64,000 nt of DNA, taken from positions 361,584,001 through 361,648,000 of the forward strand of contig OZ024743.1 of assembly GCA_964016885.1 (NCBI GenBank), read 5' to 3'. Shown here in pieces: positions 1 through 13,425 of this stretch. Origin of the DNA: Eledone cirrhosa (lineage: Eukaryota). Below the pieces are notes generated by a model. The model did not search any database and was not told the DNA's origin. It was given only the letters and a program-made list of their open reading frames with translations. Position 1 is the stretch's first letter; each line of letters starts with the position of its first letter. Position numbers and translations under genes: made by a program.

Positions 1-615
1 ATTTCCAAACATCTTGAATTGATAGCAAATTCTTCTATCTTGCCATGTAATTCATTTTGTCGTTATAAACTAATGAGTATATATAACCTGACAGAAATAC
101 GAATCAATGAAGATCGCCGTTCTTGAATCCTTGTATATTTTAAGGATTATCTGTCGTCCAAGCCAATGTTGAGAAGCATATTTCGTTTACAACTGAAATT
201 GCAGAGATAGACAAGAATAGTGGAATTAATCTACCAATTTCAAACATAGCATATAAGAAATTCAGTTCATAAAGTAATTCTAAAATGGTATTGCTAAACC
301 TACAATTTTTAGATGTTAATGACTTCCTTTACCTAGGGGGGTGTAACCTAAAATAGTTGAGTGTTACGCTGCAAACCATTTGTATAATGCATAAATGAGT
401 AAATACTTGAAACTTCTTCATGTCAAATTATTCAATATACATATTTCTCAGCGTCATCAAATCCTTCCTTCAATGATAGTCCTGAACTTTTTTGAAATTC
501 ACCACTTTATAGTTCATTCGGTTTTTTCTTTTTCTCTTTATAAGACACATTTTAGAATCATCTTGTTGGTCCACGCCCCTTACTTTTGTTTTTGACAATA
601 TTTTGAAAATGTTCA

Positions 616-682
<67 letters not shown>

Positions 683-806
683 TTGAGTTTTTCGATTCAT
701 TTGCAACTATGCAACCAGCGTCTTTAAGCCATGTCAGTAGAATGATCCCGTCAATCTTGCTCTTGTGTTGGCATATAAACAAAACGGCAGACACTAATGT
801 ACATGT

Positions 807-862
<56 letters not shown>

Positions 863-894
863 CAAATAGTTTTATCGATGTACATGGCTGAATG

Positions 895-1095
895 TATTGG
901 AATTTCGTATTTCTAAAGAAATACAGTATGTTTATAAATAAACATTTAGAAAGCTGTAGCTATGAAAACACCGGCGGTGTCCAGCCGAAGCCAGGGGGAT
1001 AATCATCGATGCATTTCAAACTGAACTGCTTTCTCTTCAGGACGATTCCTCTCGCTCTTGCAACTTGAAAACAGGCGAGAATATATGGTTTTCTC
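895..1095 (-). mobile_element. PLE pseudo-LTR-like repeat carrying a hammerhead motif; diverged inverted copy at 2697-2919
   Basis: gaatttcgtatttct..aataaac..agctatgaa..catcgatgcatttc..gaaaacaggcga is the reverse complement of the segment at 2700-2919; lies next to (TA)n. Confidence 0.7.
1001..1047 (-). ncRNA. Type I hammerhead ribozyme motif
   Basis: Minus strand: aatcgtc CTGAAGA gaaagcagttcagttt GAAA tgca TC gatgatt. Stem I is aatcgtc/gatgatt, stem III is the palindrome ATGCAT, site AUC. Confidence 0.75.
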
Positions 1096-1099
1096 ATAT

Positions 1100-1335
1100 A
1101 GGGTAAAGGGTAAAGACGCCCTTCAGTCACGAGTGACCATCAGATTTGAGCCTAGATAGTTACCCGTCTGAGCACAAGTCCTGGTAAGGTTTTTTTCATG
1201 GAAGACTCGCAGTTGCCCATGCATACCAGGCTCTCCTTCCCACGCAACCAAAGTTTGTTCAAGGGAAAGGCAATGGCCAATACTACTCGGCAGAAGTAAC
1301 TTCGCAACTCACTTTTACAGTTGAGTAAACAGGAA
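1100..1335 (-). mobile_element. Probable SINE 3' portion (cephalopod-type)
   Basis: Recalled similarity to octopus SINE bodies (cactttacagttgagtaaac, agggaaaggcaatggcc); no tRNA head seen. Confidence 0.4.
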
Positions 1336-1433
1336 TATCTAACAAAAATATTTACGTTCAATCTTGAATTATAATAGCGGCGTGGACTCGGAAGGCCTGA
1401 CTCCACCCGAATAATTAAGAAACGAAACAAAAC

Positions 1434-1489
<56 letters not shown>

Positions 1490-1491
<2 letters not shown>

Positions 1492-1936
1492 GTATAGGAT
1501 TACCCAAGATGTAGTAATGGTTAATTACTACACTGGATATGGTTGACGTACGGTGAGAGGTTACTCTACGAGTTATGGAAGAATTGTTGAAGAAACTTAG
1601 TTCCTGATCCTTCTGTATTCCGGAGTGTATATAAAGAATTAATAATAACAGGTAGACATCATAAAAAGGTAATTTATTCCGTATGCTTACAAATGTTTCC
1701 ACGGTGGTACTACAGCCTAGTTATGTGCAAATCTACAACTATTTGCAGAACTCTAATATCCAATGCTGTGACCACTGTATCCTGAGGATACAGTGGTCAC
1801 AGCATTGGATATTAGAGTTCTGCAAATAGTTGTAGATTTGCACATAGCATAACTAGGCTGTAGTATCACCGTGGAAACATTTGTAAGCATACGGAATAAA
1901 TTACCTTTTTATGATGTCTACTTGTTATTATTCATT

Positions 1937-1945
<9 letters not shown>
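1490..1945. repeat. Fold-back cassette: tail 1490-1627 plus near-perfect palindrome 1628-1945 centred at 1784, inside (TA)n
   Basis: Arms of about 155 bp, with one 5-bp indel and a few substitutions; centre gtatcct-g-aggatac; (TA)n on both sides. Confidence 0.92.
1782..1894 (+). ncRNA. Hammerhead motif with extended stem II
   Basis: CTGAGGA (1782) - 85 nt - GAAAC attt GTA (1874-1885); the 5' strand of stem I is disturbed by the fold-back. Confidence 0.6.
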
Positions 1946-1982
<37 letters not shown>

Positions 1983-2015
1983 TTTGCTTAAACTTTAATC
2001 TGTTATTTTAATAAA

Positions 2016-2372
<357 letters not shown>

Positions 2373-2421
2373 TATATATATACATATATATATATATATA
2401 CATATATATACATATATATAC

Positions 2422-2628
<207 letters not shown>

Positions 2629-2755
2629 CTATATTAAGTTGAGCCAACTTATACAGCTTCACATGTAAATGAGATAATCACCTCATTTACACTGACAAAA
2701 AACTACATATTTTCGCCTGTTTTCAAAGTTCGGCAGTTGTTAGAGCGGAAGAGAT

Positions 2756-2795
2756 CATCCTGACGAGTACCAGTTCAGATCGAAATGCATCGATG
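2756..2795 (+). ncRNA. Type I hammerhead ribozyme motif
   Basis: catc CTGACGA gtaccagttcagatc GAAA tgca TC gatg; same family as 1001-1047. Confidence 0.7.
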
Positions 2796-2916
2796 TTTGT
2801 CCCCTTCGGTTCTGTCGAGCACCGCATGGTGGCGTTACCTTCCAGTGACATTCATAGCTATGGATTTCTGAAGGTTTATTTATACACATACCATATTTCT
2901 TCAGAAATACGAAATT

Positions 2917-2990
<74 letters not shown>

Positions 2991-2993
<3 letters not shown>

Positions 2994-3155
2994 ATAATAA
3001 TAAATTTGAAGACTAAAATCCAAAGAGGGCTCGATAAGGATAAATATATATCAAATAAATAAGAACCGTAGAGCAAATATATATTAAAATAACAGATTAA
3101 AGTTTAAGCAAAGAATCACTGCTTTCACCCTTAACGGGATCTTCTGAAACTAAAA
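2991..3155 (-). mobile_element. PLE pLTR/tail-like repeat with degenerate hammerhead; inverted copy of 5420-5594
   Basis: Reverse complement of 5432-5594 (ctgaagatcccgttaagggtgaaagcag..ttcggattttagtcttcac); ends at (TA)n. Confidence 0.7.
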
Positions 3156-5419
3156 AAATCAATCTGTGAACGCTGAAATAAATATTTCGAAAAGCTTTGC
3201 AACTGAAGGAAGACAGGAAGACGATACTTACGTTCGTGGAAACGTTCCCTAGCAATGAACGGAAAAACGAAGACAATACGTCATTATTTGGTGCGGTGAA
3301 AACAATTACACACAAAGACAAAACCACGTTTATGGTATAACTGAAGTCATAGACTAAATTTCTATTTAGGAAACCGAATGATTCTCGGCTTCAGAGTTAA
3401 GAATAATGTAAATAAATTACAGAGGTTATTGAAATCAACAATAATTAAATATATACATGCACGCATTCATATACGTACATACGCATGCATACGCGAAAAG
3501 ACCCGCCATGGGTATGCAAATACAGCACGTACACAAAAACACGCGCATACATACAAAAACCCACGCAACGCCTGTACCCGCACACATACGAACGTATACA
3601 CCGAATACACATAAAACATATATAAAAAAATAGATATACATGTGTGTGTGTGTGTGCGCGCGTATAGATATAATTAAATAAACGTATATAAATATACACA
3701 CATAAATACGTATATAACGCGCGCGCACACACACCTACATGTAAATACACATATGTTCGCTAAACCTACGTCAACCAAAACACAAAGTACACATATACAC
3801 ACACCCTACATACGTGCAAACCAACATACACAGAGACATTTTTACAATCTGCTCAACTAAAAGAATATGGATTTTCTATAGAACAAGGAGCTCGCGGTAA
3901 CAGATGCCAGTATACAATGGAAATTCTAATTATTATATTAATATTTAAGCCAAGGCAGCAAAACAGCAAACATTGAATCGCATTAAATCTTGAAATCATA
4001 AATGTCCTTACTTTGTCATAGGTATCAAATGTAATTTCTTTACCACTGGGAGAAAATATATTTGACAATCACGATAAAACATAGTATATTTTCAAGCCAA
4101 AGTTTCGAGAAAATTAGGATCAATTAAGAAACGATATACATTGCGAAGTGTTTTAAGTTATCTAAGTTTGAAAACATAGACGCTTCGCACATCTATCAAT
4201 AAACCCAAATATATTACTATATGAATTCTTATGTTTCAACTGATAGGTGCCTAATATAATTCATTGAGAGATAAATAATACATCACCAGATTCCTTATTG
4301 AAAATTAACTGTTTAAAAGATATTTGCTTTACAATTCCCTGAAATATCGACTCTGTCAATGTCGAGTCCTATTTCATGGTAGAGGTACAAACTAATTCAC
4401 TGGAAATATTTCATTATAGAGTAACCAGGGAAATCATTGTTGTGAACTCTTCACTAAATTTCTTTTGATATAGATGGTATTGCTTGGTGGTTCAGTGATT
4501 TAAAGATAGATAAAATATTACATGAAGCGTAAAAAAAGAATTAAAAACGAAAAACAATGGGATAAATGTTACAATATTGTATTTCACAACAAAAGATAAA
4601 CGTAAAGAAAAATATTTTCTGACACACGTCCAATATTGATCCAATGATTTGTTTTCCTTTTTTTTCTTTTGTTTTAATGACTGGTTATAAAACACATCAC
4701 AAACATTAATATAAATCAGATACTAAATTGATTTCATATTATAGAAACAAGTATTTGTGAGCGAAAGTAAATGTTTCCCTCTATGCAAGCAGGTAATAAC
4801 CAGAAATATCAAGAGAAATAACTAGAAGAATACATTGAATCTAAGTAATAGACTTGACGCATCATGGGTCCATAAATTTCATTTATCACGATAAAACCGA
4901 GTTTCTAAAGATAACTTTAACTCTTATAGGTTCACGCATGTTTATAGTATTTCAATCGTTTTTTGATACTCCATATATAAATGTGTTCACCTACTGCAAA
5001 CTTATTGAAAGTCTTCGTCAGGTACATTTCAAATTGGAACAAATCTACCAATACGCAGACATGAATACATACATAAACATAAATACACACACGCATTTTA
5101 CTGGGTATATGTGTCTGCTTCTGTGTGTTTCATTTTCAGAGGGTCTTCACTCACACCATTAATTAATCTATTGCAGTTGTTTGAATAATTGAATCCAACA
5201 TATAAATGTATTCATGTTAGAATGATTTAAATATAGTATTTCGTGCACATATCCCATTCCAGTGTATATATATATATATATAAATTCATAAGGACATATA
5301 TGTATATATTTAGACATAGTCACAGATACATATATGAGTGTTGGCTACCTTCGACGGTGTGGCTCCATGAAAAAATAAATTAAGCAAATAATTATTAATC
5401 AGAGCTATATAAAATTATA

Positions 5420-5590
5420 AGTTTGAAGAATAGTCTTCTGAAGATCCCGTTAAGGGTGAAAGCAGCGATTCTTTGCTTAAACTTTAATCTGTTATTTTAA
5501 TAAATATTTTCTCTGTGGTTTTATATATTTTATATATATGTTATCCTTGTCGATCTCTCTTCGGATTTTAGTCTTCACATTTATTATTAT

Positions 5591-5594
<4 letters not shown>
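5420..5594 (+). mobile_element. PLE pLTR/tail-like repeat with hammerhead-like motif at 5426-5473
   Basis: aagaat..CTGAAGA t ccc gttaa ggg t GAAA gcagcg attctt, with a non-canonical cleavage triplet; followed by (TA)n(GA)n. Confidence 0.65.
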
Positions 5595-5669
<75 letters not shown>

Positions 5670-5860
5670 ATGAGAGAGAGAGAGACAGAGGGAGAGATAG
5701 CAAAAATGGGACATTACAAGACGAACGGCGGGGATTTTACATAAAATCTTTAACAATGAGGAATAACAATAAACTATATATAAAATAAAACAATCGAAAC
5801 CATAGAACATGCCTCAACATCAAGAACACGTTTTGTATGTGTTCCCGTCTTCCCTCTGTT

Positions 5861-8433
5861 TCACTTCCTCAACCACAGAGCTATTTTCGCCACATTCACC
5901 CACCTTTCAGTGAATTTACTGGGGTGTAGGACTTCTCTCTCCACTCTCATCTTTCTTCTGAATTGGTACATAAAGAAGGGGATGAGTTGTTGTCCGGAGA
6001 GAAAGGTGTTTTCCCTCAGTCCTTTTAACCTCATCCACCATATTACCTCTTTCGACATAGCCACCAGACAGAGGAAAACCGCTGCTCCTTCATTCTTAAA
6101 TGAAGGTGGCGGGGTGATCCTCACGATCGACTCGGCTGACAACTGGATGCGCCCATAAGTGACAGTAGCTGTTCGACATAATTTCACAGGTCGGTCACCC
6201 CTGGGCACTGAACAATTGCGTGCAGAACGGTTTCGATGTCCTGCTCGCATCTTCGAGAGATCCTTTTGCCGGGATCTCTGCCAGGGCGTCCGTGCCTGTA
6301 GATTTTGACTCGAACTGGTAGAGCTCCTCGGTAGCACTCCCAGGCCAGAGACCTCTGTCAGTTATCCATAGAACCTGGACGGAAGGTCCTCCCAAACAGA
6401 CTGGTCAGTTCGTCCTCCTCAATGCCTAGAGTTTCGCTGAGAACGTCGTCGCACTTATCCCCCACTAATCCCCTATAGAATGTCGAAGTGGAGTCTTCAC
6501 TGATTGCCGTTTCCGCTTCGTAGAGGGCTGTGAGCGCCTGAAGGCACTCAAGATGCCAGGCGCCCATTTTCGGTCTTCGCTTGACCCAGAACAGCAGCTC
6601 TGTTAGTGAGACGAATTGTGGAAGAGCTCGTCTCGCAAACAACAGCCACACCGGTTCGCCGGTCAGGAATACCAGGAGATCGCGTCGCCTCAGCGCGTGT
6701 TCGCGCATCATCAGAGCCAGGGTATGCCCAGCCCTCCGTTAGAAGGGTGTTGACAGCACAGGATCCTCACCAATGGAGCCTGTTTCTTCCAGAGGAACTT
6801 GAAGAGTAGGCGTTCCCTTTTGGTGAGGAGTTCGCGGACACAAGGCACGACTGTCATACGGTAGTAGATGAAGGACGCTATGTAAGTGTTCGCCATCTCC
6901 GCTCGACCTTTCAAGGAGATTTTGCACTCAGCCCACTTCTGGGTAAGTGCAAACACCTTCACTGTGACCTCATTCCAGTTCTTGTCCACCTGGAGATCTG
7001 GACCAAACGAGACGGCGAACAATTTCACCGGTCCTTTCCTCCAGCGTCCAACGACACTATCGGAGGCATGGGTTTGCTTCTCCATGTGCCGAGGTGCAAT
7101 CCGACAGACTAGTTTGGATTTAGTCTTGCTCCTGGCAATGCTTCGTATTCCTTTAATAGGTTGTCGATTACCCCGATTTCCGAGGTTTTCGACACCATTA
7201 CGGTTATGTCGTTGCCATAGGGCGATGTTGCTTTCCGCAGTAACGGCTCGAGAGTCAGTACGTACAGAATGGAGGAGAGAGGGCAACCCTGATGGATGGA
7301 ACGCATGATGTGGAATGGCTCCGATAGGTAGCCATTCACCTTGACTACCGAGCAGATACTCGTGTGCATGGCAGCGATCCAGCCTTTGAAGACGGCACCG
7401 AAGCTGGCCGCCTTGAGAACCGCTTCCAAGTATTGATGGTCGACCCTATCAAATGCCTTAGACTGATCTAAATTGATCAGAGTCCCACCGAAGCCAGGTT
7501 TACACACTGCCCTCTCTATGATGTATGGCATGAGGTGATGGTTGTCGTGTATGGACCTGGTCGGGATTGCACACGTTTGCGCTTCCCCTAACAGGTTCTC
7601 GACGACAAGCGCCAGCATAGTTGCTGACACCTTGACCAAAATCTTTAACTCTGGGTTGAACAGAGTTATGGGCCTGAAATTGCTTATCTCATCCCCCTCG
7701 TCCTCATCTTTCCTGATCAGCGTTACTACGCCTCTGTCTACAGAACTGGGAATCCTCCCGTTCTGCTGCCAGTTGCAATAGACCGCTTCGAGGACACCAG
7801 AGAACAAGTCCGTCATGCCTATGTAAAGCTCATAGGGTACAACCATCTAAACCGGGTGATTTGCGTTTTGCGAAATAGATGCACTAGGCCACAGTGGCCT
7901 AGTGCACCTATTTCGCCCGCTCTGATGGGCCTTTCGCAGCTCTCTGCATCAGTGCTCGAGAGTCGTGGTAGGCCGTTGACGCAGAAACTGAAGTCCATCA
8001 CTTCGCTCGGCGTACCGCTTTGCCCGAACAGCTGTGAAAAGTTCTGCTGGAAGGCCGTGCACATTTGCTTGGATTCAAGTAGAATGCGTCCATCTCTGTC
8101 TTGCAAAGACCGAATTGTGGATTTGTTGCCACTTTTCGCCTCTGCCACTCGGGCCCAGCTAACAGCTTTGGCTCCCTCGTTTCTTAGAGCATGTGTTCTA
8201 CTTCTGACAATACAACCTTGGTTTTTTTCGTTGAAGAACTGGTCTAATGCTTTTCTCACCGCTAGAACGTCAGCTGTACTGCCATTCCTAAGTGCCTCTT
8301 CTACTTTAGCTACCAGTTCTTTTTCAGTTTTGTTTTTTTCTAAAGCTACTTCCTTGCTAAATGCTATCGATTCTATTCTAATTGCTCTCTTGAGAGAGCT
8401 CCACCACTTGTTGTTGACGATGGCCCCTGTCAA
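5861..8433 (-). pseudogene. Linker, reverse transcriptase and C-terminal part of LINE ORF2, frameshifted
   Basis: ORFs 7819-8433, 7109-7846, 6711-7286, 6358-6711 and 5861-6337 are collinear; the catalytic YADD has decayed to YGND; GGLGIP motif present. Confidence 0.88.
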
Positions 8434-8479
8434 CTGGCTCTTAACTAAGGTGCTAATCCGTTTACTCTAGGCCTGACGC

Positions 8480-9233
8480 GCCGGGAGCGACATGTTTAGC
8501 TTCCAGTATCGGGGTCCCTGTCTATGTGTTCTATCAAGGTTGCCTATGCAGGTGATTAATTTGTGATCTGAATAGGCAACCATGTGCATTTGTGGGCAGC
8601 GTAATATTTGCTTATCATTCTGTCTAATTAGAAATCTATCTAAATCCGATCTAGAGGACCCAGTGTGGTTGCTCCACGTCCACAGTGGTGCACTTGGAAA
8701 GTCTAGTCGATATCTATCAGCCAGTTGGAATTGGCTGATGAAATGTTTAGGCTACCCCCCCCCCCCCCCATAATATCACAAGCTCCTACATAGTCCCAAC
8801 GAGCGTCTAAGATGCCATTCCAGTCCCCCGCTAACACTAAGGAGCGAGACGTTCCCAGGAATGGCTCCAGACGCTTGAAGAACTCTGGTCGGGATGCCCC
8901 AGCCGGGGCATATACGGCTACTAGTCTGAAAGCTCCATCTTCACTACCATTCACATCCAGGACCACTAAGCTGCCCTCCGGGTCCAAGTGAATCGTCTGT
9001 ACTTTGAGATCCATGTTTTTTCGAAACAGAACATCAACTTCTCGACCTCCTGGCTGACAGAGAGGTGTGTAGATCTCAAAATCATCGAACATGGGGATTA
9101 GCTGCTGCTTGTCGTGAATCCTGGACTCGGTGATGGCTATCACATCAATGAGACCTGAGATCATTTATAAACTGACTTTTCCAGGGCATGCCCAGGCCAC
9201 GTACACTCAAACATCCAACTGGTATAGTCGCCA
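8480..9233 (-). pseudogene. APE-type endonuclease domain of LINE ORF2, disrupted
   Basis: ORF 8703-9164 carries ITES..GSLVVLDV..FRLVAVYAP..LAGDWNGILD; adjacent frames continue with WTW..LDRF..SDHK..YWKLN. Confidence 0.88.
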
Positions 9234-10574
9234 TGTTGGTGAAGAAGAGTTAGGGAGAGAAAAGGCAGGAACACTTACCTTTTAGTTTCCTGGAGGTCGA
9301 GTTGTTTGATCTCCATGTCCAGATTGGGGGTGTTTGGGAAGGGAGGGAATCCTTTTAGCAGGACACGGTTAAGGGGTTTTTGGCAAGGGGGACCCACTTC
9401 ATGTGGGAAGTTCCGTTTTAATGTTTCGTGTTATGGGGTTGTTACCCTGATCAGTTTAAGGTTTGGGGATCGCTCGTTGATGGGGAACGTTTTCCCTTTC
9501 GTTTGGATTGTGGGGTACTTTCGGATAGTTTCTACCAGTTATTTGTTTGTTGTTTTTATGTATGTGTAATTTGTTTTGTTTTTTATGTGTACTGTTTCTG
9601 TTTGTAGTTTTCTTTTTGTGGATGGGGTTTTTGATTGTGGTGGTGTGGGTGTTTGTTTTGTTGGTGAAGTGTCTGGTCGTGTTGGTGGTGATTGTGTTGT
9701 TGGTGGTTGTCGTTTGTGATGGTATGGTTATGGTGGTGTTGTGTGTGTGCGTGTTTTCTGTAAATGTTTTTGCTTTTGTGTTTTTGTTTTGTCTCTCTTT
9801 TGCTTTTTGGATTTTGGGGATTCATCTTCATCCTCACTTGGAGATGTTTGCAAGTTTGTGTGTTGTGTTTGGTTTGGGGTGTTGATGCTGGGTTTTTTGG
9901 TGTTGGTAGTAGCACCTTGTTTGTCCTTGGTTTGTTTAAGAGAGGGAAAATGGCCGTTAAGTGTGTGTTTTTCCCACATGTATGGCACTGAGGTCTTTTA
10001 CCCTCCACTAAAATGAAGATAACACTTCTTCGAGGATGATTTTGTCCGGGACTTTTTCCATCTCTCTGGCTTCATTCGTACATGAACCTCGATGCAGGTT
10101 CCAAACCAGTTATTCCGGTCTGTCCTGTCTACAGATAGGAGGGTGTCCTCACTCTTCTTTAGGATGCAACGTACGGTCCACCATATGTTGACATCTGCTG
10201 GGATTCTGGTTAATTTTATTTTGTAGGTTCTTCTTCCAATGTATGTGGGGAAGAAGATGTGTTGACCCATTTTTATTCAGTGCACTGAGTGGTTTTTAGC
10301 CAGAGTTTCGCTCTTAAAGAGCACTGACAGACTTCCATACTGTTTGGCTCGTTGAAGGTATGCCACGTCTCGCATGATGTCTTTTAATGCAGCTTCAATA
10401 GTGCTTGTTGGAAGTGTTACGGGTTTTTTTTGTAGTATTGTCAACTGTTCTGTAGATCAGTTTCTTTTTTTGTGTCATTTCTCTTATTTGTGGGGGTATG
10501 TGTATGTGTGGGGTGTCTCCCTCAAACGTCACATAGTTGGAAGCTTCTTCCAGATATTGGGACTGATTGATAGA

Positions 10575-13425
10575 GTAAATTGATTAGAGCCCCACCGAAG
10601 CCGTGTTTACACCCCACCCTCTCTATGATGTATCGCATGAGGTGGAGGTTGTCGTGTATGGACCTGGTCGGGATTGCACACGTTTGCGCTTTTCCTACCA
10701 GGTTCTCGACGACAAACGCCAGCCTCATTGCTAACACCTTGGCCAAAATCTTTATCTGTATGTTGAGCAAAGTTATGGGCCTAAAGTTGCTTAGTCGTCT
10801 CCCTTGTTCTCGTCTTTCCTGATCAGCGTTACTACGGCCCTGTCTGCAGAACTGGGAATTCTCCCCTTCTACTGCCAGTTGCAGTAGACAGTTTCGAGGA
10901 CGCCAGAGAACAAGTCCGGCATGCCTATGTAAAACTCATAGGTTAGACCATCTAGAACGGGTGATTTGCATTTCTCGCAGCGGCCCAGAGCGTCCCGTAT
11001 CTAGTGTCTGTGATCGGTCTTTCAGAGAAATCGGTGTCCATGCTCGAGGCAGGCCGTCGAGGTATGAACCGAAGTCGGTTGTCCCGTTCGATGCACCGCC
11101 ACTCTGCTCGAATGGTTGCAGCCTAAAAGCTCCGCCTTCACCACTGCCAAGGTCCATAACCACTAGTCGACCCTCCGGGTCCAAGTGTACCGTCTGTGTA
11201 GCGAGACCCAGATGTTTTTTCAGCAGAACGACAACCCCACCCCCACCTCCGGGCTGACAGAGAGATGCATGCATCTCAAAGTCATCAAAGGTGGGGGCCA
11301 GCTATCGCACGCTGCTGATCCGGGCCTCGCAAATAACCATCACATCTATACATCGTGACCTGAGGTCATTTAGAAGCATTGATTGCTTCCAAGGTGAGCC
11401 CAGGCCACGCGCATTTAGACAACCTACTCTCAATACAACCATGTTGGTGGTAAAGAGAAAAGGCACTTACCTCTCTGCGTCCCATGGGGGTGGATGTGGG
11501 TTGTTGGGTGGGATGGTGGTTTGTGGAAGTGTAGGGGCATCAGTGTGTGGCTAGGTTGGGGTGTTTGGAGTTATGTGGGTGTCTGGGGGCGGGGATTTTT
11601 TAGGAGGACACGGTTAATGGGTCTGACGCAGGGGGCCCCACGTCCTCTTTAAAAGTGTCTTTTAACGTTTTGTAAATATCCATTGGGGCTTGTATCATTT
11701 TTAGATGTGGAAGCCCCGTTGCTTGTGCGAAATTCGAACCTTCGGTTTTTATTAAGTTGTTATTATAAATAACGTTTAACAGTTTTTTGTTTATTGTGTT
11801 TATGTAAGTATATGCATATTTTTCTTTTTGTGTGATGTTTTTTGTTTGCTGTTGTGTGTTTTTTGTGTTGATCTCTGTGTTATGTATTGGGGAGGAGTTA
11901 TTTGTATTTGTGTTCCTGTGGTGTGTTTTCTTTTTTTTCTTTTAACTTTATGAAAGTGCCCTCCCCCCTCGTCTGACGACGAAAGGGGTTCATCTTCCGT
12001 ATTCGAGGGGAGGGGTACATTTTCGGCTCGTGCTTGTGGTGTGGGTGTTATTATATTTGTTTTCTGTGTGTGGGGAAGGGATTGTTTTCAGTTGTGTTTT
12101 AACTTGTGGTGTTAGTGTTTTTGTGGTGGTGGTGGAGGTTGTGTTGGTAGTCTTGTAGTTGTTGCTGTGGGCAAAATCGGTGTTTGTTTTTTTTGCTTGG
12201 GAACAGGCAGCCCTCAGGTGACCTCTGCCACCACAGAGCTAACAAGCGGGTCGTCTACCCTCCACTGGGATGTGTAAGTAGGCAAGCCCATCCAGCAATA
12301 TGCGGTCGGGGATCCTAGCAATTCGTTCTGGCTGCATTTGCACCAGAACTTGCAGGCTAGTTCCACCAAACACGTTGCTGGAAGACTTACCTACCGAAAT
12401 TACTGCATCCTCATTCAAGTCGAAGAGGCCACACAGTACCGCTCAGAAATCAATATCCGGATCGATACTGTTTATGGTCAATCTTTGCGTTCTTCTTACC
12501 AAATAAGTGGGGAAGAAGGTAAATAAAGAGGACACAATTGGGGCCAGGGAATGTTTTTCAGCCGTCAATTTATGTTTCATTTATTCTACCGTAGAGTCTA
12601 TCCTTCCGAATGAATACAATGTTTTTCAGGTGATCTTTTAAAGCCAGTTCAATCTCTGTCTGTGTGAGTTGTACTGGCTTACGGGTTTTATTTGATATTG
12701 TCCTATAAATAATAGTTTTTAAGCTATTTTCCTTTTTTAGCTCTGGGGGAGAATTTAAAGAAAATAGACCATTCTCCTCCAAAGTTATATACTTCCGTGC
12801 ATTTTCCATTTGCTGGGCCATGTTCGAAATGTCAATAGGTTCATACACAGTGGTCTTTTTCCTAGTTTGAGCGAACGTCATTTTGTTAGCCCCCTCTTTG
12901 TTTACATTTGTCGAAATGTGGTTGTTTTCTTGTTTTTTGTTGTTACAATTTTCATTTTTTGTTGTGTTTGCGTTATTTATGTTGGTGTATGCGTTCACAT
13001 TTTTCCCCGTTGGGGTTAGACTCCAATGTTCACTTATATTTTCAGTTTCCGAGAGACTAGTAGACACAGTTACTACTTCTCTTTCACCTTTGCTGGTGGG
13101 CGTGGCACCGTGAAAAGTCGAAACGGCATCCATTAATGCTGGCAATTTCTCCGAGTCAATTTTTTTCACATTTTTTTCATTAGGGTTAGGCTCCATTTTT
13201 TCAATGTTTCTAATAATCCTTATTCTTTCAGTAGGGAGGCTTGTTGCCTCCGCTACCCGCTCTCTTTCGGTTTGTTTAGTGGGCGTGTCATCGTTACCTG
13301 TGGTAATGGCTTCCATTACCACTAGCGTATAGACAATAACAAGATTTTTAGGATGAAATATTTCACCCCAAAAGGGTGAAATAAATTAACCCTACTGTCC
13401 GAAGACCCAGGCAAGGGGGTTAATT
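10575..13425 (-). mobile_element. L1/Tx1-clade LINE copy 2: 5' UTR, ORF1 and internally deleted, 3'-truncated ORF2
   Basis: ORF1 12570-13322 continues to FFPTY/GRRP-C..CGRGH..C near 12200-12520; endonuclease start near 11440; RT part 10575-10960 is homologous to 7470-7860. Confidence 0.88.

Larger units (their letters stand above)
5700..10570 (-). mobile_element. Decayed L1/Tx1-clade non-LTR retrotransposon, copy 1 (partial ORF1, ORF2, 3' UTR)
   Basis: ORF1 zinc knuckle RPQCHTCGKNTH; APE endonuclease (DVIAITES, VAVYAP, LAGDWNGILD, SDHK); RT (NFRPITLFN, LDQSKAFDRV, HQGCPLS); C-terminal Cys/His region; many frameshifts. Confidence 0.92.

Noticed and set aside
11110-11125. LINE copy 2 endonuclease deletion as a spliced intron
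   Set aside because: Alignment with copy 1 places the join before the candidate CAG acceptor, so GT-AG splicing does not fit
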